Assembly: GCA_003151745.1 (NCBI GenBank)
Contig: PLYJ01000220.1
Coordinates: forward strand, 86,630-150,629
Source of the DNA: Bacteroidota bacterium
Lineage (GTDB): Bacteria; Bacteroidota; Bacteroidia; AKYH767-A; 2013-40CM-41-45
DNA length: 64,000 nucleotides
Direction of reading: 5' to 3'
The position numbers and the translations under genes were made by a program. Positions 9,617 to 18,049 of this stretch are shown here, in pieces; position 1 is the first letter of the stretch, and each line of letters begins with the position of its first letter. The notes below the pieces were generated by a model that was given only the letters and a program-made list of their open reading frames with translations, was not told the DNA's origin and made no database searches.

Positions 9617-10654
9617 TTATGTTGTCTTTAGCTTTGGTATGTTGTTTCCATCTTTCAAAAACAATCTACAAGTATCTTTAATAGATTGTTCAACCGGAAT
9701 AAATTTAAAATCAGGAAAAGTATTTAAAATTTTTTGGTTGGAATAACGATTTACTTTATGTGCCGAATTGGCTGTTTCTTTGGTGATCAAAGGAGCATCA
9801 CCGGATAAAAAACAACGAATTTTTTCTGCCCTCCAGGAAAAACTGCTCAGCATTTTTCCTGCCTTTATGTTTGGTATTGGCTTACCAAACTCCTGATGCA
9901 TCAAATCAAAAAAGTGCTGAAAAGATCTGTTTTCCGAACACAATAAAAAACGCTGATTCTTCATTTCACTTTTCATCAGCAAAATCATCAATGTCGAAAC
10001 ATCCCTCACATCAACAAAACCCGTTGCGCCGTTGGTATAATATTTAATGCCTTTATATCCTTTACTAAACATATTGGAACTGCTTTGTTGCCAGTTTCCT
10101 CCGCCAATAATTAAGGCAGGATTTACAATTATCATATCCAAACCTTCTGCAGAAGCCCGCCAAACTTCCCGTTCAGCAGCATATTTGCTGATGGAGTAAT
10201 TAGAATTTTCAGGTGATGATTTCCAATATGTTTCTTCATTGGCGAGTTCGCCTTTTTCGGCATTGCCAATTGTTGCGATGGAACTAATGTGACAGAATTT
10301 TTTTATCCCTTTTGCCAAAGCTGCATTTACCAGGTTGGCAGTACCTTCAGCGTTTATGGTCATCATCGCCTCTTCGTGTTTTGTTTCGAACGATACCATC
10401 GCAGCACAATGAAACACTTCGGTAACGCCTTCCATTGCATCCATCAAAGAATATACATCCAATAGATCCGCATCTATCCACTCAATATTTTTTAACAAAA
10501 CTTCCGAATCAGAAGTATAGTAATCAAACACTTTTTTAACATTTGCAACATTGCTTTTACTTCTTTTAATTGCACGAACCTTCTCACCCGATCTGCATAG
10601 ATCGAATAATAAATGTGTGCCAACTAGACCTGTACCGCCTGTAACTAAAATCAA
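9617..10654 (-). CDS. NAD-dependent epimerase/dehydratase (extended SDR) family protein
   Basis: Has the N-terminal Rossmann motif ILVTGGTGLVGTHL and the YSISK active-site motif (YxxxK). 345 aa. Confidence 0.85.
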   Translation of the reverse strand: MILVTGGTGLVGTHLLFDLCRSGEKVRAIKRSKSNVANVKKVFDYYTSDSEVLLKNIEWIDADLLDVYSLMDAMEGVTEVFHCAAMVSFETKHEEAMMTINAEGTANLVNAALAKGIKKFCHISSIATIGNAEKGELANEETYWKSSPENSNYSISKYAAEREVWRASAEGLDMIIVNPALIIGGGNWQQSSSNMFSKGYKGIKYYTNGATGFVDVRDVSTLMILLMKSEMKNQRFLLCSENRSFQHFFDLMHQEFGKPIPNIKAGKMLSSFSWRAEKIRCFLSGDAPLITKETANSAHKVNRYSNQKILNTFPDFKFIPVEQSIKDTCRLFLKDGNNIPKLKTT

Positions 10655-10692
10655 AATTGCTTTTTTAATACCTGCGAATTTACAAAAGAATA

Positions 10693-10811
10693 GAACGCAG
10701 ATGACGCTGATCTTTAATATAAAAAATGATTTTTTGTATTTATCATAAAACTAAAATTTTATAGGGTTTTTATCCGTTTTCTAATCATAACAATCTGCGT
10801 CATCTGCGTTC
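10693..10811. repeat. Word-type inverted repeat element
   Basis: gaacgcagatgacgc (10693-10707) is the exact reverse complement of gcgtcatctgcgttc (10797-10811). The arms are built from tandem 9-mers. It lies in the divergent SDR/tyrS intergenic region. Confidence 0.8.
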
Positions 10812-10896
10812 CATTTACCAGTGAACTGTCCAGTTCCATAACCTTTATTATCTTTGCAGGAAATGCGTGAAATTATTTATTTCTATACCGATAAAA

Positions 10897-12183
10897 ATGA
10901 AAAAGAATTTTGTTGAAGAATTGAAATGGCGCGGCATGTTGCACGATAGGATGCCTGGCACGGAAGAGTTATTGAATAAAGAAATGGTGACCGGTTACAT
11001 TGGTTTTGACCCAACTGCAGATTCCTTAGGTGTTGGCAACATGGTGCAAATAATGACCTTGCTGCATTTTCAACAGTCGGGACATAAACCCTTAGCATTG
11101 GTGGGAGGCGCAACAGGAATGGTGGGCGACCCTTCAGGAAAATCAGCTGAAAGAAATTTACTGGATGAAAAAACATTGAATTATAATTTAGCTTGTCAGC
11201 GCAAACAATTAGAGAAATTCCTGGATTTTAACTGTGGTGCTAATTCTGCTGAGATTGTCAATAATTACGATTGGTTTAAAGGGTTTAGCTTTTTGGAATT
11301 TATTCGCGATGTGGGTAAACATATCAGCGTAAACTATATGCTGGCAAAGGATTCGGTAAAAAGCAGATTAGAAAATGGGATGTCGTTCACTGAATTTTCT
11401 TACCAGTTGGTGCAGGGATACGACTTTTATTATTTGTGGAAGAACAAGGGTGTGAAGCTACAAATGGGCGGTTCCGACCAATGGGGAAATATAGTTACAG
11501 GAACTGAATTAATAAGACGCAAAGGTGCGGGTGAAGCTTTTGCGATCACGACTCCACTAATTAAAAAGGCTGATGGAAGTAAATTCGGTAAAAGTGAAAG
11601 TGGCAATGTTTGGCTGGATAGAGCTAAAACTTCACCTTATAAATTTTATCAATTTTGGTTGAATGCCAGCGATGAAGATGCTAAAACATACATTCGTATT
11701 TTCACTTTATTTACAAAAGAAGAAATAGAGGCTTTAGAAACAAATCATCTTGTATCTCCCCATTTAAGAGTCTTACAAAAGGCGTTGGCAGAAGATATTA
11801 CTATCAGAGTTCACTCCAAAGAAGATTATAAGAGAGCATTAGCAGCTACTGAAATTTTCTTCGGCAAGGGTACTTTAGAAGATTTGAAAACGGTTTCACG
11901 TATGGCGGAATTCCATGATATAATGGCTGATGTTCCAACTTTTGATGTTAATCGAAATGACATAGTAAATAAGGTTAATATTATTGATTTGCTTGCAGAA
12001 AAAACAAAAGTATTTTCCTCAAAGAGTGAAGCAAAAAAATTAATTCAAGGTGGCGGAATCTCTGTTAATATGAGCAAAATTACCGATATCGAACTTTTAA
12101 TTGACGAAAATTATCTTTTGCCCAATGAATATATTTTAATTAGGAAAGGGAAAAAGGAGTATATAAAATTAAATGTATTATAA
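10897..12183 (+). CDS. tyrS: Tyrosine--tRNA ligase
   Basis: Has the class I HIGH-region [13 protein letters not shown], the KFGKS (KMSKS-type) loop and a C-terminal S4-like domain. ATG 10897 is preferred over the GTG at 10867 listed in the ORF track. Confidence 0.92.
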   Translation: MKKNFVEELKWRGMLHDRMPGTEELLNKEMVTGYIGFDPTADSLGVGNMVQIMTLLHFQQSGHKPLALVGGATGMVGDPSGKSAERNLLDEKTLNYNLACQRKQLEKFLDFNCGANSAEIVNNYDWFKGFSFLEFIRDVGKHISVNYMLAKDSVKSRLENGMSFTEFSYQLVQGYDFYYLWKNKGVKLQMGGSDQWGNIVTGTELIRRKGAGEAFAITTPLIKKADGSKFGKSESGNVWLDRAKTSPYKFYQFWLNASDEDAKTYIRIFTLFTKEEIEALETNHLVSPHLRVLQKALAEDITIRVHSKEDYKRALAATEIFFGKGTLEDLKTVSRMAEFHDIMADVPTFDVNRNDIVNKVNIIDLLAEKTKVFSSKSEAKKLIQGGGISVNMSKITDIELLIDENYLLPNEYILIRKGKKEYIKLNVL

Positions 12184-12186
12184 AAG

Positions 12187-12383
12187 ATAGAACGCGGATT
12201 AGACGGATCAAACGAATTAACACGAATTTTTAATTAATTTTTATTTGCGAGAATTCGTCAAATCCACGTCATTCGTGTTCTATTCTGCTTAGCTAAAATT
12301 GAACGCATATATTGAATTAACAAAATTTTTCAAATATTTTTTATCCGTGAAAATCCGTCAAATCCGCGTCATCCGCGTTCTAT
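12187..12383. repeat. Nested word-type inverted repeats
   Basis: atagaacgcggattagacggatc… (12187) opposes gaattcgtcaaatccacgtcattcgtgttctat (12250-12284). It also opposes tccgtcaaatccgcgtcatccgcgttctat (12354-12383). All arms are tandem 9-10-mers related to acg(c/t)ggat or acgaat. Confidence 0.75.
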
Positions 12384-14521
12384 TTCTTTCCCTATTTGTT
12401 ACGCAAACAGCCTTTGCTCAGGGCAATTTACTGAGTATGCATGACGCTATTCTCAAGCAAAAAACAAGTCTTGCTCCTGCAAAACTGCAACAATTAATGT
12501 GGGTGAAAGGCACAAACAATTTCTCATACATTGACACCAACGATAATTCTGACATATTAATTATTGGTCTTGCTGAAAGCCGTAAACAGGTGAGGAAAAT
12601 TGGAACAACATTATCTCAAATAAATGATGCATTAGAACATGAACATTTTACTGCTTTGAAAACATTCCCAAAAATTCAATGGAAAAATGCCAACCAATTC
12701 ACATTCGAATGGGAAAAAAAATTATTTGCCTTTGATGTAAATGCAAAAACAATTGTTGTAGAGGCGAACCGAGATCTGGGTGAAGGAGCTGAAAATACGG
12801 ATATTGCAGACAAAACAAATTATGTAGCTTATACAATAAAAAATAATTTGTTTGTATCTGATGGCACAAACCAGCTGATCGTAACCAACGATGCCGATTC
12901 AAATATTGTGAATGGAAAATCAGTACACCGTGAAGAATTTGGCATTACCAAAGGAACATTCTGGTCGCCGAATGGTAATTTACTTGCCTTTTACAAGATG
13001 GATCAAACAATGGTAACCGATTATCCCATCATCGACTGGACCGTTCGTCCGGCGAAAGCCAACACCATTAAATATCCCATGGCCGGTGATACCAGCCACC
13101 AGGTGATAGTTGGCGTTTACAATGTGAATAGAGGCAAAACTATTTTTCTGAAAACGGGCGAACCCAAAGAACAATATTTAACCAACATTGCCTGGAGTCC
13201 GGATGAACAAAGCGTTTACATTGCTGTTTTAAATCGTGATCAGAATCATTTAAAACTGAATTCTTACAGTGCAATTACTGGTCTTTTTGAAAGAACATTG
13301 TTCGAAGAGACAGATAATAAATACGTTCAGCCCTTGCATCAAATGGTATTTGTACCCAACCATGCCGATCAATTTATCTGGCAATCGGAACGCGATGGAT
13401 ACAATCATTTGTATTTATATTCTACCAATGGAAATCTTCTTAAGCAACTCACCAAAGGCAACTGGACGGTAACTAATTTTATGGGCTTTGATGAAAAAGG
13501 GACAAAAGCTTTTTACACCTCAACGGCTGAAAGCCCAATTACACGTAATCTTTACAGTGTTGAATTTAAAAAAGGAAACAGTACAAAAATTACTTTAGGC
13601 GAAGGCACTCACACAGGTATGCTAAGTGGGAACGGAAATTATATTATTGACAATTTCCAAAGCATCACTGTTCCCAGAGAAATTGCTATATACACCACGA
13701 AAGGAAAAAAAATCCAGGTGATCAAACAATCTGAAAATCCTTTGAAAGATTATAAAACAGGAGAACTAAGCATCTTCAAATTAAAAAATTCAACTGCAGA
13801 TGATCTGTATTGCAGAATGTTTAAGCCCATTGATTTTGATTCAACAAAAAAATATCCTGTCATCGTTTATGTATATGGCGGACCGAATGTTCAGCTAATA
13901 AATAATACCTGGAATGGTGGTGGAGACCTTTGGTTTCAATACATGGCAGAGCGTGGCTTTGTTATATTTACATTGGATAGCAGAGGAAGTGAAAATCGCG
14001 GACAAGCATTTGAACAAGCTACCTTTCAGAATTTAGGGAAAGTTGAAATGCAGGATCAGATGGTGGGAATAAATTATCTGAAGAGTTTAAAATTTATTGA
14101 TGAGAAACGAATGGGTCTGATGGGATGGAGTTATGGTGGCTTCATGACCACATCCATCATGACACATTACCCCGATGTATTTAAAGCTGCTGTTGCAGGC
14201 GATCCGGTGATAGATTGGAGTTATTATGAAATAATGTATACCGAGCGCTATATGGACACACCACAAACAAATCCAATCGGATATAAAGAAACCAACGTTA
14301 TCAATTATGTGGATAGTTTAAAAGGTAAACTATTATTGATTCATGGTACTTCCGATGATATAGTTGTATGGCAACATAGTCTATTATTTTTAAAAGCATG
14401 CGTGGATAAAGGGAAGCAAGTAGATTATTTTGTTTATCCCGGACATGATCACAATGTGTTGGGCAAAGACAGGGTGCACTTATTCAATAAGATCACTGAT
14501 TATTTTATTGAGAATTTGTAG
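12347..14521 (+). CDS. Dipeptidyl-peptidase IV (S9B prolyl oligopeptidase family)
   Basis: Carries the GWSYGG nucleophile motif, HGTSDDIV and PGHDHN triad regions, and an N-terminal DPP-IV beta-propeller region. The proposed GTG start at 12347 gives the signal peptide (M)KIRQIRVIRVLFLSLFVTQTAFA/Q. The TTG start at 12299 in the track lies in repeat DNA. Confidence 0.85.
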   Translation: MKIRQIRVIRVLFLSLFVTQTAFAQGNLLSMHDAILKQKTSLAPAKLQQLMWVKGTNNFSYIDTNDNSDILIIGLAESRKQVRKIGTTLSQINDALEHEHFTALKTFPKIQWKNANQFTFEWEKKLFAFDVNAKTIVVEANRDLGEGAENTDIADKTNYVAYTIKNNLFVSDGTNQLIVTNDADSNIVNGKSVHREEFGITKGTFWSPNGNLLAFYKMDQTMVTDYPIIDWTVRPAKANTIKYPMAGDTSHQVIVGVYNVNRGKTIFLKTGEPKEQYLTNIAWSPDEQSVYIAVLNRDQNHLKLNSYSAITGLFERTLFEETDNKYVQPLHQMVFVPNHADQFIWQSERDGYNHLYLYSTNGNLLKQLTKGNWTVTNFMGFDEKGTKAFYTSTAESPITRNLYSVEFKKGNSTKITLGEGTHTGMLSGNGNYIIDNFQSITVPREIAIYTTKGKKIQVIKQSENPLKDYKTGELSIFKLKNSTADDLYCRMFKPIDFDSTKKYPVIVYVYGGPNVQLINNTWNGGGDLWFQYMAERGFVIFTLDSRGSENRGQAFEQATFQNLGKVEMQDQMVGINYLKSLKFIDEKRMGLMGWSYGGFMTTSIMTHYPDVFKAAVAGDPVIDWSYYEIMYTERYMDTPQTNPIGYKETNVINYVDSLKGKLLLIHGTSDDIVVWQHSLLFLKACVDKGKQVDYFVYPGHDHNVLGKDRVHLFNKITDYFIENL

Positions 14522-14546
14522 AATTATCAAAAGCCATCGCACATAT

Positions 14547-14596
14547 TTCGACAAGCTCAATATGACATCACGCACCGTCAGTCCGAGTTTGTCGAA
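14547..14596. repeat. Imperfect palindrome, possible terminator after the DPP-IV gene
   Basis: ttcgacaagctc (14547-14558) pairs with gagtttgtcgaa (14585-14596) with one G·T mismatch. Its translation produces the spurious ORF 14430..14615. Confidence 0.5.
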
Positions 14597-14669
14597 GACT
14601 TTGTGTTTTGTATAACAAACTATTAGATAAGTTTTCTCGAAAAGCCTACCTTTGCGGAATAAAATATTT

Positions 14670-14737
14670 GGTTTCGTAGTTCAATGGATACCCGCCCGAC
14701 TGAAAGACGTCAGTCGTTCGGGCGGGGAATAGAAGTT
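14670..14737 (+). pseudogene. Displaced 5' half of tRNA-Arg(CCU), nt 1-32, interrupted by a 36-nt hairpin in the D-loop
   Basis: ggtttcgtagttcaatggata + [36-nt insert] + gaatagaagtt is identical to nt 1-32 of the intact tRNA at 15006. The upstream flank cctacctttgcggaataaaatattt matches the flank of the 37178 copy. Confidence 0.8.
14691..14726. repeat. 36-nt GC-rich palindromic insert
   Basis: The sequence is cccgcccgactgaaagacgtcagtcgttcgggcggg, with outer arms cccgcccg/cgggcggg. It is the exact reverse complement of 37232-37267. Confidence 0.9.
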
Positions 14738-14745
14738 ACTGTATC

Positions 14746-15003
14746 ATGGAAGATAAACATTTCGTATATGTTCTTTGGAGCAAAGAATTCAGCAGAAAAT
14801 ATGTTGGTATGACTGAAGATACAGAGAATAGGTTGAAAGAACATAATTCTGGCAAGACAGTTTCCACTAAAGCATTTATTCCTTGGAAAATAATTTACAC
14901 AGAAAATTTTGAAACAAGAGCCCAAGCAAGAGTAAGAGAAAAGTATTTTAAAACTGCGGCAGGAAGAAAATTCTTAAAAGAAAAATTATCTTTACAAAAT
15001 TAA
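14746..15003 (+). CDS. GIY-YIG nuclease superfamily protein (small URI-domain, UPF0213-like)
   Basis: 85 aa. The sequence reads FVYVLWSKEFSRKYVGMTEDTENRLKEHNSG…, i.e. GIY-YIG-type (V)YVL…YVG plus the R..EH.. core. Confidence 0.85.
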   Translation: MEDKHFVYVLWSKEFSRKYVGMTEDTENRLKEHNSGKTVSTKAFIPWKIIYTENFETRAQARVREKYFKTAAGRKFLKEKLSLQN

Positions 15004-15005
15004 TT

Positions 15006-15077
15006 GGTTTCGTAGTTCAATGGATAGAATAGAAGTTTCCTAAACTTTTGATCCCAGTTCGATTCTGGGCGAGACCA
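15006..15077 (+). tRNA. tRNA-Arg (anticodon CCT), followed by an encoded CCA
   Basis: Hand-folded cloverleaf. The acceptor ggtttcg/cgagacc has one G·U. The D stem is gttc/gaat and the anticodon stem gaagt/acttt. The anticodon loop is ttCCTaa. The T arm is cccag-ttcgatt-ctggg, with discriminator A then cca. Confidence 0.9.
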
Positions 15078-15345
15078 CCACCTCTAAAACCATTGATATT
15101 AAAGGGCTTTGTTTTTCATCTCCACAGGAACATCGAACTTTTTTTATTGAAAAACAGACACATCCCTTTATATTCGCTATAAGAAGCATTTTATTACAAA
15201 ATAATAAACTGACCAATTTACACCAAAAAATATATTGTCAATTAGAGCCGAATTTGCATACTAAAAGCAGTTTTTTTATCTAATCTTGTAGTTACAATTT
15301 CGTTTTACAAATTTCATTATCTAAAAGAAACATCTTTAAAATCAC

Positions 15346-15423
15346 GTGAAAAGAGTAATAGAACATCTATATTTAATTTTTGTATTAATGGTTTCAACTA
15401 CTACATACAGCAAATACAATTGA
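15346..15423 (+). pseudogene. Orphan 5' fragment (leader plus signal peptide) of the T9SS cargo paralog family
   Basis: GTG…VKRVIEHLYLIFVLMVSTTTYSKYN* parallels (M)KTILIHLHLIFLLMLTTTTYSQ at 41876. The upstream sequence 15251-15345 aligns with the conserved leaders 40561-40717 and 41720-41875 (…acaatttcgttttacaaat…). Confidence 0.55.
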
Positions 15424-15508
15424 GATGTTAATCAACGTTAAAAAGTTCTACAAATATGCTTTGGCATACTTCTTGAAAAAGTAATAGTATTAACTAAAAA
15501 TAAATAAT

Positions 15509-15784
15509 ATGAAAAAGTTGTTGATAATAGCAATAGTAGGAATAGTTTCTCAGGTTGCTACAGTAAATGCTGCAAATCCTCACTGGAGAGGTTGTAGGTC
15601 AGGTCTTGTTATAAGTATTGGGGTGCCTCCAATAGGTTATTATGGAAATGGTTTTGCATATCCATATAATGGGTATCCAAATCAAGTAGCTTATAACAAT
15701 GGGTATAGAATTGCACCAAGAGGATATTGCAGAGATGGAAATAGAGGCGGTAGAGGATATTATGGACACGGAAACAGAAGGTAA
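15509..15784 (+). CDS. Small secreted Gly/Tyr/Asn/Arg-rich protein
   Basis: Has the signal peptide MKKLLIIAIVGIVSQVATVNA/A and a low-complexity GY-rich body. A stem-loop terminator follows. Confidence 0.5.
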   Translation: MKKLLIIAIVGIVSQVATVNAANPHWRGCRSGLVISIGVPPIGYYGNGFAYPYNGYPNQVAYNNGYRIAPRGYCRDGNRGGRGYYGHGNRR

Positions 15785-15842
15785 TATTCAGGTTATCGGA
15801 TTTTATTTAATTCCGTTTTAATAATAAAGTAAAATTAGAAAG

Positions 15843-15870
15843 GTCTCACATTGTGGGACTTTTTTATTTT
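15843..15870 (+). terminator. Rho-independent terminator
   Basis: gtctcac (15843-15849) pairs with gtgggac (15853-15859) with one G·U, followed by ttttttatttt. Confidence 0.6.
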
Positions 15871-16190
15871 TATAAAATCAATAAAATACTAATCGTTTAT
15901 ACCACTACCGCAATAATCTGAGTGCAAGAATATATGGAATTGAATCATATATCAAATTTGTATTCTGAAAATTGGAGACGAATTGAAGAGGAAAAAGAAC
16001 AAATCGTTCTAAATAAACATGGAGTCGAAACCATTAAGAAATGGGTTGAAAGAATTAAATATTTTAAAAACTCCAAGAATGAATTCGAGTGACGAAGGAA
16101 AACGGTTAGCGGTGTTAGAAAAAGAACTAAAGGATATTATCGATTTCTTTGAACATAACAAATAATTGATTGATGAAATCAAGTTATTCT

Positions 16191-16958
16191 TTAGAATTTT
16201 TCAAAAATACCCAAACCGAAAAGCGCAAAATCATACTTTACAGGGTCTTTTATATCTAATAGTCTAAGACTTGCATCTAACTCTGCTACTGCCCTAGCAT
16301 CATTTTGTGTTCTGTTTAATAAACCTAATTTTCTTGCAATGTTTCCAGAATGGACATCTAATGGACATGATAATTGTGATGGCTTAATTGATTTCCATAA
16401 ACCGAAATCAACACCTTGTTTATCTATTCTTACAAGCCATCTCAAATACATATTGATTTTTTTTGCTGCTGAACCACTAAAAGGGTCAGAAATGTGTTTA
16501 GTGGTTCTTAATGGATGAGGAATTTCAAAAAAAGTTTTTTTAAAATGGTGAATTGCTGATTGTAATGAATCTTCATTAGCATGTGTAGCAAATACCTTTT
16601 CTAAGCCTCCTTTTTTCTTGTAGATGTGTTTTAAAGCGGTAATAAAATAAATTAAATCAATCTCATTGAATGTGCGATGAACATAGCCTTCAAACCTACT
16701 TAGTTGAGTTTTTTTGTGAGACATTATAAAATCATAAGGAGATTCCCCTATTAAGTCCAACATACGGTGACCATTTTTAACAATCATCTTTCTATTGCCC
16801 CAAGATATTGTTGCAACTAATAAACCAGCAATTTCAATATCCTCTTTTCTTCTATACCTATGTGGAACACTTATTGGGTCAGATTCGATAAAATCAAATG
16901 TATTGTATTGATTGACTTTTTCATCTAAGAATTCCTTTAACTCCAATTTGCTTAACAT
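16191..16958 (-). CDS. TIGR02757 (DUF2400) family protein
   Basis: The pattern …FIESDPISVPHRYRRKEDIEIAGLLVATISWGNRKMI…PLDVHSGNIARKLGLL… is characteristic of this family. The ATG at 16958 (MLSKLELKEF) is preferred over 16985. Confidence 0.75.
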   Translation of the reverse strand: MLSKLELKEFLDEKVNQYNTFDFIESDPISVPHRYRRKEDIEIAGLLVATISWGNRKMIVKNGHRMLDLIGESPYDFIMSHKKTQLSRFEGYVHRTFNEIDLIYFITALKHIYKKKGGLEKVFATHANEDSLQSAIHHFKKTFFEIPHPLRTTKHISDPFSGSAAKKINMYLRWLVRIDKQGVDFGLWKSIKPSQLSCPLDVHSGNIARKLGLLNRTQNDARAVAELDASLRLLDIKDPVKYDFALFGLGIFEKF

Positions 16959-17613
16959 TGAACACCTATAATTTAGTTCTAACAAAAGTAGTTATTTGGG
17001 ATTATTAAGCTGCTATTATATACTCCCTTAATTAACTGTATAAATATATACATTATAATCTCAGGAGAGTTATCATGTATCAAGAGTGAGGAACTCTGTC
17101 ATATCAACTTTGAGTTCCACCGGTTTAGAATTTTGCAGGATTGAACATTTCTCATATTCTTCTTTCGACTCCAGATATAATAACATTTGATTTAACAAAT
17201 CGCTAATACCAATCTCTGTATAGTCCAATATTGTGATGGTTGATTTGCTTAGGTTTATGTTACACATGATAAGAAAAAATCAAATCATTGATTCTAAATC
17301 AACATGGTTTGAAACTTTTAAATCTTTAGCTGCTTAAAATAAATTTAGACTTGAATTTTTAACATTTATGTTAAACAAATGCGACAGAACCCAACTAAAC
17401 GCCTATACCTGAAAAATTAAATCAACCCAATGTTAAATATGAGATAAATCATTTCAAAAACTGACTAACATCATTAATGTAATGAATAATCAGAGATATA
17501 CTTGTATTGTTATTTTAGATAATAATAAGCTAACTATTACAGTTAAAGGCTTATTTAACGGGATTAAAAATCACCAAACAATAGTAATAGTATAAATCGA
17601 ATAAGAGTTTGGA

Positions 17614-17769
17614 ATGATTAAAAAACTAAAATCAGGTGAATATAGAATTTATTCTATTAAAATAAACCAAAAAACAAACAAGCGAAGGAATCTTGGCACT
17701 TTTAAAACCTTAGATGAAGCAAAAAATCACGAACGACAAATTGAATATTTCAAACAAATTAACCATTAA
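17614..17769 (+). CDS. Small conserved-looking basic protein (51 aa), below the ORF-track cutoff
   Basis: The sequence is MIKKLKSGEYRIYSIKINQKTNKRRNLGTFKTLDEAKNHERQIEYFKQINH. The KSGxYRxYS…RRNLGTF…A..HEr…F pattern recalls a widespread small-protein family, recognised from memory only. Confidence 0.4.
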   Translation: MIKKLKSGEYRIYSIKINQKTNKRRNLGTFKTLDEAKNHERQIEYFKQINH

Positions 17770-17807
17770 GCAAAAATTAAAATAGCAATTAATTTTTTAA
17801 TAAATAC

Positions 17808-18003
17808 ATGACAATATACATACAACTTCTTTGGCTATTTATACTGGCAATCCCTATTGCATGCATTACATGGACAATAACTAAAGAAGAAGTTTTTAAA
17901 GAACCACGCGAATATTGCACCGATAAATGTAAAACCGGTAAAACACTTTTAAAACGTAAATTCTTTTATTTGTTTACGTGCGAGTATTGTTTTAGTCATT
18001 ATG
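17808..18003 (+). pseudogene. 3'-truncated DUF1360-like membrane protein gene
   Basis: ITWTITKEEVFKEPRE…LFTCEYCFSHYV matches the DUF1360 pattern (…L.C.yC.s.W…). The protein-like sequence stops exactly where the 46-nt repeat begins, and the rest of the listed ORF runs antisense into the RR gene. Confidence 0.55.
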
Positions 18004-18049
18004 TGAGATCATCAATCAAAAAGTTCGAGATTTGGTTGGTGGACTCCAC
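18004..18049 (+). repeat. 46-nt exact direct repeat, copy A
   Basis: The sequence tgagatcatcaatcaaaaagttcgagatttggttggtggactccac is identical to 46864-46909. With a 1-nt indel the match extends 4 nt further (acct). Confidence 0.9.

Noticed and set aside
12299-12346. The ORF track lists a TTG start at 12299 for the DPP-IV ORF, giving the N-terminus MNAYIELTKFFKYFLS….
   Set aside because: This segment lies in intergenic repeat DNA and has no signal-peptide character. The in-frame GTG at 12347 gives a canonical signal peptide.
14670-15077. I considered whether the tRNA-Arg(CCU) carries a group I intron encoding a GIY-YIG homing endonuclease. This tRNA does have an intron in some alphaproteobacteria.
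   Set aside because: The downstream tRNA at 15006-15077 is complete on its own, with its own 5' half. The upstream piece is therefore a duplicated fragment rather than a 5' exon. The 268-nt interval is almost entirely ORF, leaving no room for a group I ribozyme core.
18004-18049. I considered whether the 46-nt repeat is the 3' part of a tRNA or tmRNA, as in a classical att site, because it contains gttcgag and ends in …ctcca.
   Set aside because: I could not fold a T-arm. The 5-nt segments flanking ttcgaga do not pair, with two A·G mismatches. No acceptor-stem partner or upstream tRNA body is present at either copy.
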